From NCBI GenBank assembly GCA_937879955.1, contig CALFMK010000002.1, forward strand, positions 1,175 through 65,174: a DNA stretch of 64,000 nt, in the 5' to 3' direction. Under the pieces are notes generated by a model, which saw only the letters and a list, made by a program, of their open reading frames with translations, searched no databases and had not been told where the DNA came from. The translations under genes were made by a program, and so were the position numbers. Positions 9,901-16,085 of the stretch are shown here, piece after piece (within the stretch, counting starts at the first letter, position 1; each line of letters starts with the position of its first letter). The stretch is from an uncultured bacterium. Its GTDB lineage: Bacteria > Patescibacteriota > Minisyncoccia > Phycocordibacterales > Phycocordibacteraceae.

Positions 9901-10152
9901 GGAGCGCTTCGGGTCCTCCATGTCCGTGCGCGACTTCGGCGCCACGTACGCGTCCACGCCGAAGATCGGCCTTATGCCGGCCTTCTCGGCCTTCTGATAG
10001 AACTCGATCGCGCCGTGCATATTGCCGGCATCGGTCAGTCCGAGCGCGTCCATGCCCTGCGCCTTCGCTTCCTTCACCAGCTCCGGGACCTTCGGGAGTG
10101 CCTCGAGGAAGCTGTAGTGGCTGTGCGTGTGGAGGTGGATGTAGCGACCCAT
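6997..10152 (-). CDS. dnaE: DNA polymerase III alpha subunit
   Basis: HLHTHSHYS PHP start, RGSAAGS, PDIDMDF, KFDFLG; start moved to ATG 10152 (MGRYIH), 6 nt after TACTAT. Confidence 0.97.
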   Translation of the reverse strand: MGRYIHLHTHSHYSFLEALPKVPELVKEAKAQGMDALGLTDAGNMHGAIEFYQKAEKAGIRPIFGVDAYVAPKSRTDMEDPKRSRLVLIAKDNVGYKNLMRLVTRSFLEGFSEKPRMDKEILREHHEGLIAIIPSFAGDVAQALKSGDKNGAAASLAEYASIFGKDDVYLEITHHPKVEGHMQRMDQIKALAKESGIRLVAQHDVYYLKPEDREATEVMRRIAHGNKGDANQEEDFSFVTEAMMREWFEDVPEAVDASGEIADRCLVTMELGSWNFPDVTIPEGTTHAEELRRKTYDGISMRGLERSEEVVSRIEYELDVIISKGFAPYFLAVSDLLTFAKSAGIMSTTRGSAAGSLVSYLNGITNVDPLFYKLPFERFLNPERPKAPDIDMDFADDRRDEMIAYARQKYGEDKVAQIGTFGTLAARAAVRDVSRALGHAYRTGDRIAKLIPMGSQGFPMTIKHALELEPELKQLYDEDDDVREIIDLAQRIEGCVRHTGVHAAGVVIAPTPLYEWTPVQFDPKNPEKRITQFDMHAVEDAGLLKFDFLGIKNLAILSDAVDRVKETRDIWIDIENVPIDDAKTYAMLARGETEGTFQLNGSGMTRYLKELRPTTIHDINAMVALYRPGPMESIPQYIERKTNPRLITYLDERMKGYLEASYGLLVYQDDVLLTAITLGGYSWLEADTLRKAMGKKIPAEMEAQKEKLLKGFKEYGKLSDAKAAKIWQLIEPFAAYGFGKAHAACYGKVAYQTAYMKANYPVEYMAALLTADAGDTEAIAILVAEADRLKIPVLPPDVNESGADFTVSGEEKDTIRFGLTSIKNFGEGISQAIIKERNEHGSFSSLSDFLSRVGSKNLNKKSLESLIKAGALDTLAGESMSRSHLLDHIETMLTFHREATATPAQDSLFAFAAPTLQLPPARGETSISDKLSWEKELLGIYVSGHPLDAHVEKTAKAGLTIAQIKNDPKAGTVVIVPVLLDEVRTLLTKKGEKMAFLKFSDKTDAIEGVIFPKIYKEKADLLVADRCLLVKATVSVRNGETSLSVENLKLL

Positions 10153-10177
10153 GGCTCCATAGTAGTATAGGTCGCAT

Positions 10178-10675
10178 ATGACCGCACACGTCCGGCACCG
10201 CGGCTTTACGCTCATCGAGCTCCTGGTGGTCATCGCCATCATCGGCGTGCTCTCGACCATTGTTCTTGCGTCTTTGAGTACGGCGCGCACGCGTGCGAAC
10301 GACGCCGCCGTGAAGTCGAACTTGAACGCGGTCCGGACGCTCGGGCAGGAGTTCTACAGCGTGCAGGGAAGCTATTCCTCGGTTGTTGGCGGGAGTTCCT
10401 ACACCGGCGATTGTCTCACGAACCAATCGTTCTTTAGGATAACGGACCTTCCGGTCGGGAACGAGCTGCGCACCATCGCCGATAAGGTCGCGACCAGTAT
10501 CGAGGCGGCGTATCAGGCCGGCGGCGCGGTGGGCAAGCAGTGCCGTCTGAGCGCGGACCGCTCGCAGTACCTCATCATCATGAGCCTGCCGTCCGGCGGT
10601 TACTGGTGCATCGACAGTAGCGGCAATGCGAAGGCGACCACGACATTATCATCAGGTTCTTCCTTTACCTGCTGA
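10178..10675 (+). CDS. Type IV pilin-like protein (A)
   Basis: G|FTLIELLVVIAIIG prepilin motif; C-terminal WCIDSSG...C. Confidence 0.92.
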   Translation: MTAHVRHRGFTLIELLVVIAIIGVLSTIVLASLSTARTRANDAAVKSNLNAVRTLGQEFYSVQGSYSSVVGGSSYTGDCLTNQSFFRITDLPVGNELRTIADKVATSIEAAYQAGGAVGKQCRLSADRSQYLIIMSLPSGGYWCIDSSGNAKATTTLSSGSSFTC

Positions 10676-10676
10676 C

Positions 10677-11198
10677 ATGAATCGTGCCCCGAAAGCCTTC
10701 ACCCTCATCGAGCTTCTCGTTGTGATTGCAATCATCGGCATCCTCTCGGGTGTCGTGCTCGCGTCCTTGAACACGGCGCGCGAGAAGGCGCGGGACACCG
10801 AGCGCATCGCGGACATGAACGCGCTCATCCGGGCGCTCGAGCTCGCGAAGGGGGACGGCGACCTGCCGACCACCGGCTCGAGTGCCTATACGATAACGGG
10901 CACGAGCACGGTTGCTGCGCTCCGCACCCGCATCAGCGCGTACCTCACGTTCATCCCGTACGAGCGGTCGCTCACGGCGATCGACTCCGACTATAACTAC
11001 CGCTACTGCAACCGCTCGACGACGAGCAGTACGAGCGGCTGCACCACGGACGACGATCCGAACACGTACGCCATCCGGTTCGCCACGGAACGGAGGCCCT
11101 ACGGGAACACGATCTACTACTGCGCGACGAGCCGCGGCATAGAGGCCATGCCGGTTACGGAGAACGGCAACTCCCAGTACAACTGCGTGCAGCGGTAG
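10677..11198 (+). CDS. Type IV pilin-like protein (B)
   Basis: MNRAPKA|FTLIELLVV; ATG 1 nt after the stop of pilin A. Confidence 0.9.
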   Translation: MNRAPKAFTLIELLVVIAIIGILSGVVLASLNTAREKARDTERIADMNALIRALELAKGDGDLPTTGSSAYTITGTSTVAALRTRISAYLTFIPYERSLTAIDSDYNYRYCNRSTTSSTSGCTTDDDPNTYAIRFATERRPYGNTIYYCATSRGIEAMPVTENGNSQYNCVQR

Positions 11199-11233
11199 GA
11201 AAGAGAGGGAAGGCTACGTGATAGACTTTCAGC

Positions 11234-11731
11234 ATGGAAGCGAACGTTACGAACGCATCTCGTGGCTTCACGCTCATCGAGCTCCTCGTAGTGATCGCCA
11301 TCATCGGCGTGCTCTCGGCGGTCGTGCTCGCATCACTCAACACGGCACGTACTCGCGCGAACGACGCGGCGGTGAAGTCGAACCTGAACGCGGTCCGCAC
11401 GCTCGGCCAGGAGTTCTTTTCCGTGCAGGGGAGCTATTCGTCGGACACGGGCGGGAGCCTCTATACTGGCGACTGCCTCACGAACCAGGCGTTCTTCCGC
11501 ATCACCAGCATGCCGGGCACCGAGCTCCGCGCGATCGCGGACAAGGTAACCGTCGCGCTCGAGGCGGCGTATCAGGCTGGAGGCGCGACGAACAAGCAAT
11601 GCCGGATGAGCGCGGACCGTTCCCAGTACCTCGTGCTGATGAGTCTTCCGTCCGGCGGCTTCTGGTGCATCGACAGCAGCGGCAGCGCGAAGGCGACGAG
11701 CACGATATCCGGGACCGCGATGACCTGCTGA
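11234..11731 (+). CDS. Type IV pilin-like protein (A2, paralog of A)
   Basis: G|FTLIE motif; similar to 10178-10675 over its full length. Confidence 0.92.
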   Translation: MEANVTNASRGFTLIELLVVIAIIGVLSAVVLASLNTARTRANDAAVKSNLNAVRTLGQEFFSVQGSYSSDTGGSLYTGDCLTNQAFFRITSMPGTELRAIADKVTVALEAAYQAGGATNKQCRMSADRSQYLVLMSLPSGGFWCIDSSGSAKATSTISGTAMTC

Positions 11732-11732
11732 T

Positions 11733-12191
11733 ATGTATAGAAATTCTCGAGCCTTCACTCTCATAGAGCTCCTCGTGGTGATCGCCATCATCGGCATGCT
11801 ATCGGCGGTGGTGCTCGCGTCGCTTAATAGCGCACGCGCATCCGCGCGCGATGCGAAACGGAAGGCTGATCTCCAGCAGGTCGCGAAGGCCCTCGATCTG
11901 TACTATCTCGCGACGGGCGCCTACCCCGGAGAATACGCGTGCGACAGCAGTCTCGGCGTAAACCTGACCGCATGTCCTGCGACCGGTACGGACTGGGATC
12001 CGACGTCGTATATCCATGTCGCGCTCGTACCTACCTACATCGCGGACCTTCCGGTCGATCCGTTGAATAACACCTCGTACTACTACGTGTATGAGCCGCA
12101 GGTCTCTGGTAGCGACTACTGCCTCGCGGCAGGGCTCGAGAAGGGAGGGAGGTACCGTGTGAAGAACGGGGACACTGCCATAAACTGCTAG
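11733..12191 (+). CDS. Type IV pilin / GspG-like pseudopilin (C)
   Basis: RA|FTLIE; ARDAKRKADL...YP...LPVDP. Confidence 0.9.
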   Translation: MYRNSRAFTLIELLVVIAIIGMLSAVVLASLNSARASARDAKRKADLQQVAKALDLYYLATGAYPGEYACDSSLGVNLTACPATGTDWDPTSYIHVALVPTYIADLPVDPLNNTSYYYVYEPQVSGSDYCLAAGLEKGGRYRVKNGDTAINC

Positions 12192-12193
12192 GC

Positions 12194-12784
12194 ATGCGGT
12201 ACGTCATCGGCGTGGACGAGGCAGGCCGCGGACCCCTGGCGGGACCTGTCGCGGTGGGTGTGGTCGCGGTCGAGGAAGGGTACGATATCCTCGCGCATTT
12301 CCCGGGCCTCAACGACTCGAAGAAGCTCTCCGAGAAGAAGCGCGATGCGTTGTTCAAGCTGCTTCAGGAAGAGGTGAGAGCGGGGAACGTCCGCGCTACC
12401 GTGACGCTCTCATCAGTCGCCATGATCGACGGGAAGGGCATCGCGAGCGCGGTCCGTCACGGCGTGGACACGGGCGTGCGGAAGCTGCTGCCGGACCCCA
12501 CAGAAGGGAAGGTGTGGCTCGACGGCTCATTGAAGGCGCCGGACGAGTACGAGCAGGAGACCGTGATCGGCGGCGACGGCCTTATTCCTGCCATCATGCT
12601 CGCATCCATCGCGGCGAAGGTGACGCGGGACCTGCGTATGCTGAAGATAGCCGAGAAATATCCGCTCTATGACTTCGCGAAGCATAAGGGGTACGGTACG
12701 AGGTCCCACATCGAGGCCATAAAGACGCACGGTCCCTCGAAGGAGCACCGCCTGAGCTTCCTGCGGAACATCCTCGGGACATGA
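12194..12784 (+). CDS. rnhB: Ribonuclease HII
   Basis: GVDEAGRGPLAGPV, DSKKL, ASIAAKVTRD, HKGYGT. Confidence 0.97.
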   Translation: MRYVIGVDEAGRGPLAGPVAVGVVAVEEGYDILAHFPGLNDSKKLSEKKRDALFKLLQEEVRAGNVRATVTLSSVAMIDGKGIASAVRHGVDTGVRKLLPDPTEGKVWLDGSLKAPDEYEQETVIGGDGLIPAIMLASIAAKVTRDLRMLKIAEKYPLYDFAKHKGYGTRSHIEAIKTHGPSKEHRLSFLRNILGT

Positions 12785-12785
12785 G

Positions 12786-13125
12786 GAAAGGCCCGGCGAA
12801 ATGCTCGCCGGGCCCCGAAGCCCCGGAGGACTCCTTATTGTTCTAGAAAGGCATGTCTCGATGCGGGCCGGCATCCCGTCGCCTCGGATCAAGACACGAG
12901 CACCGATATTCCCCGTGCTCAGGGGTGGTTCCAGGCCGCTTCCCTAGATATCCGGAAGGGTGAGGTACACCCAGGCGGGAGGGTCGGTCTGGTGGCTCTG
13001 TGGCTTTACCATTTTCCTTCTCCAATAAGGAGAGCAAATGAGAGGTGGACAGAACCGAGGGAGGGAGCATCACGCCTCCGTTCCCTAGGGTACGCGTTCC
13101 GGTCATGCTGATGGGCCGGGACCTA
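12786..13125 (-). ncRNA. Candidate structured RNA or small-ORF transcript (strand tentative)
   Basis: Chain of hairpins; 10-bp long-range inverted repeat 12831-12840/13023-13032; minus-oriented terminator at 12786-12813. Confidence 0.4.
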
Positions 13126-13209
13126 TTCTCTATACACCCGGGGCGGAAGGAAGCCAAGGAATAGCGCGCCCTTTCCCAAATAAAGCCTGTATGGTAGGGT
13201 ATTCCCACT

Positions 13210-13575
13210 ATGACCGTACGAATGCGCCACACCAGTTCGCACACGAAGAACCGCCGGAGCCACCATGCGCTCGTGGAGGGAGCTATCGTGAAGGACAAGG
13301 AGTCCGGAAACCTCCGCCTCCCACACAAGATCGACGAGGTCACGGGCATGTACCGTGGCAAGCAGATCGCTGCCCCTAAGGCAGTCGCCAAGAAGGGGAA
13401 GAAGGAGGGGCGCGGCGAGCGCTCCCAGGTAGAGGTCGTCGACACCACCCCGGTCGCCGTGAAGAACGACGCGAAGGCGAAGGAGGCGAAGAAGGAGGTG
13501 AAGAAGGGCTCCACGCTCGACAAGAGCACCAAGGGTCGCTCCACCACCCGCTCCGGATTCGGCGGCGGCGCGTAA
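13210..13575 (+). CDS. rpmF: 50S ribosomal protein bL32 (Cys-less, long basic C-terminal extension)
   Basis: [16 protein letters not shown]...RLPHKID...GMYRGKQI. Confidence 0.85.
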   Translation: MTVRMRHTSSHTKNRRSHHALVEGAIVKDKESGNLRLPHKIDEVTGMYRGKQIAAPKAVAKKGKKEGRGERSQVEVVDTTPVAVKNDAKAKEAKKEVKKGSTLDKSTKGRSTTRSGFGGGA

Positions 13576-13702
13576 GCGAAGCATTCTCCTCGAAAGAGCC
13601 GGGCCCCCTCCCGGCTCTTTCTCTTTGGCACTTATACACACCAAGGGCCTATGGCGGCTCGCGGCAGGTACCTGCTATGCTGGCTTCACGCTCTTTCCAT
13701 AT

Positions 13703-14593
13703 ATGGCCAACCGACATCTCGCCCGTTCCGTCGTCCTGCAGACCCTCTTCGAGTGGGATACCTCCCGCCTTACCGAAGCCGCGGCTGCCGAAGCGCTCCA
13801 GCGCAACGTCGAGGAGTTCGGCGGTGACGACACCGACCGGCCATTCATGGAAGCCCTCCAGCAGGGCGTGCTCGCGAAGCGCGCCGACCTCGACCTCGTG
13901 ATAACGAAGGCCGCTCCGGACTGGCCGCTCGAGCGCATCGCGCCGGTGGACCGCAACATCCTGCGCATCGGGCTCTATGAGCTCCTCTTCGCGGACCGCA
14001 CCCAGGTCCCGGCGAAGGTGGCCATCAACGAGGCGATCGAGCTCGCCAAGGTGTTCGGCGGCGATTCCTCAGGCCGCTTCGTGAACGGCGTGCTCGGCGC
14101 CGTGTACAAGGAGCTCGGCGAGCCAGGGAAGGACGAGCAGGGGAAGAAGGAGCGCGTGCGTCGCGAGGACCTTCCGGTGGAAGAGCTCGGCGGCGCGATC
14201 GTCTACGCCTTCCACGAGGGCCAGTACTATCTCGCGCTCGTGCATGACGTGTTCGGGCACTGGACCCTCTCGAAGGGGAAGATCCCTGCAGGGATGGGCG
14301 TCGAGGAAGGTACCGTCGAGGGTATCCGCGACGAGCTCGGCCTGCCGGTCACGATAAAAGACAAGATCGGCGAGAACGAGTACGTCGCCTCGCATCCGGA
14401 GAAGGGGAAGATGCGCAAGCACGTCACCTACTTCCTCGCGGAGTCCCCGTACATGGACGTGACGCTCGAGAAGAAGGGCGGGCTCGACGACGCGCGCTGG
14501 TTCCGCCTCACGGACATCCTCGACCTCAATTTCTACGACGACATGCTCCCGATCGTGACGGAGGCCGTCCAGAAGCTCCTCGACAAGCGATAG
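13703..14593 (+). CDS. nusB: NusB fused to a Nudix-fold domain
   Basis: DRNILRIGLYEL, KVAINEAIELAK, FVNGVLG; C-terminal GHWTLSKG...DELGL...VTYFL. Confidence 0.9.
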   Translation: MANRHLARSVVLQTLFEWDTSRLTEAAAAEALQRNVEEFGGDDTDRPFMEALQQGVLAKRADLDLVITKAAPDWPLERIAPVDRNILRIGLYELLFADRTQVPAKVAINEAIELAKVFGGDSSGRFVNGVLGAVYKELGEPGKDEQGKKERVRREDLPVEELGGAIVYAFHEGQYYLALVHDVFGHWTLSKGKIPAGMGVEEGTVEGIRDELGLPVTIKDKIGENEYVASHPEKGKMRKHVTYFLAESPYMDVTLEKKGGLDDARWFRLTDILDLNFYDDMLPIVTEAVQKLLDKR

Positions 14594-14638
14594 CCGCGAG
14601 GGATTCCGTTTATATACGAATCGTGGTATAATCCTGCC

Positions 14639-15328
14639 ATGCTAGATTTCGCCGCGCATGCGCAGAAACTCGGCCTCGCCTACAAGGACCTCGACCTGCT
14701 CGTCGAGGCCCTTACGCATCGCTCGTACCTGAACGAGAACCGCACCACGGCGGGCAATCATAACGAGCGTCTCGAGTTCCTCGGCGACGCCGTGCTCGAG
14801 CTCATCGTCACACACTTCCTCTTCGCGCGCTTCCCAGGGAAGCCCGAGGGCGACCTCACGGCGTACCGCGCCGCGCTCGTGAACACGTACTCGCTCGCGG
14901 AGACCGCGGAGGCGCTCGGCGTGAACGACATGCTCCTCCTCTCGAAGGGCGAGAAGAAGGACACGGGCCGCGCGCGCCAGATCATCCTCGCCAACGCGTT
15001 CGAGGCGATCCTCGGCAGCATCTATCTCGACCAGGGCTACGAGGCCACGGCTGCGTTCGTGAACCGCACCCTCACGCCGAAGATCGACAGCGTGCTCAAG
15101 AACCGCACCTGGCAGGACGCGAAGAGCCAGTTCCAGGAGGTGGCGCAGGAGAAGCAGGGCGTGACGCCGACCTACAAGACCGTGAGCGAGTCGGGTCCTG
15201 ACCATGACAAGCAGTTCACGGTCGGCGTGTTCCTCGGGGACAAGGAGGTGGCGCGCGGGGACGGGAAGAGCAAGCAGGAGGCGGAACAGGCGGCGGCGCA
15301 CGCGGCGCTCGAGATACTCGGCGCGTAG
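14639..15328 (+). CDS. rnc: Ribonuclease III
   Basis: NERLEFLGDAVL; dsRBD with GKSKQEAEQAAA. Confidence 0.97.
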   Translation: MLDFAAHAQKLGLAYKDLDLLVEALTHRSYLNENRTTAGNHNERLEFLGDAVLELIVTHFLFARFPGKPEGDLTAYRAALVNTYSLAETAEALGVNDMLLLSKGEKKDTGRARQIILANAFEAILGSIYLDQGYEATAAFVNRTLTPKIDSVLKNRTWQDAKSQFQEVAQEKQGVTPTYKTVSESGPDHDKQFTVGVFLGDKEVARGDGKSKQEAEQAAAHAALEILGA

Positions 15329-15413
15329 CGTTGACTTTTCCGTACTAAGACGTATCGTGCGGGCACGTCGCGGTTTCGCGCGGCCCGTTCCTCACTCATA
15401 AGGAGATACTGCG

Positions 15414-16022
15414 ATGGACCGATCCTGGTTCCGTCGGGCGGCCGTGCCGTCCGTCATCGCCCTCGGGTTCATGGCGTTCCTGACCCTCGGCTTCTACAAG
15501 CCCGGCACCTTCGCCGGGAACGCGTACGACATCGTCCGCTACTACATCGTGACGGCCCGTCTGGCCGGCATCGCTTCGCTCGCTGCGGCGGTCTATCTGC
15601 TGCTCTCTAGGCGAGACCGGCTGCAGGCGATGTCGATGGTGTGCGGCGGCGGCATGATCATGGCCGCCCTGTTCACGCTCTCCGCGCTCCGCGTGCAGGA
15701 TCTGCGCGAGCTCTGGTGGCCGGCCTGGTCCATCATGATCGCCAGCGTCCTCGCTGCGGTCTATGCGGTGCCGGGGACGCTGCCGGTGCGCTTCGCGTCC
15801 ATCGGATGGAGCGTGCCGTTCTTCTCGATCCCGTCCGCTATCCTGGCGCTCGCGCATGTCGCGGCCGCGGGGGACTGGGAAGTCTGGCAGGTGCTCGGCA
15901 TCCTTCTCGCCGGCGCCGGCCTGACATTCCTCGTCGCGCACATAATCGACGAGCTCCGCCTACGCGCCGAGGACGATGCGTCAGACGACGGATCGCCGGG
16001 CATCCTGCACGAGAAGTCCTGA
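15414..16022 (+). CDS. Orphan multi-pass membrane protein
   Basis: TTGACT at 15331, AAGGAG SD, about 6 hydrophobic segments, terminator at 16036-16062. Confidence 0.7.
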   Translation: MDRSWFRRAAVPSVIALGFMAFLTLGFYKPGTFAGNAYDIVRYYIVTARLAGIASLAAAVYLLLSRRDRLQAMSMVCGGGMIMAALFTLSALRVQDLRELWWPAWSIMIASVLAAVYAVPGTLPVRFASIGWSVPFFSIPSAILALAHVAAAGDWEVWQVLGILLAGAGLTFLVAHIIDELRLRAEDDASDDGSPGILHEKS

Positions 16023-16085
16023 CTCACATCAGGCAAGGCCGCTCCTCCGGGAGCGGCCTTTTCCATGCGCTATACTGGAGGGCAA

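Noticed and set aside
10152-10290. Longer ORF-track starts for dnaE (and for rnr, nusB, rpoD, RRM, AOX-like)
   Set aside because: Extensions overlap neighbouring genes or promoters; family similarity and -10 boxes point to the downstream ATGs
12783-13060. GAGGAAAG...ACAGAACC resemblance to RNase P RNA
   Set aside because: GAGGAAAGUCC is not matched, the first motif runs into a terminator hairpin, and the P4 pairing cannot be formed
13136-13160. cggaaggaagccaagg resembling SRP RNA helix 8
   Set aside because: Lacks the CAGG/AGCA internal loop and the enclosing long stem
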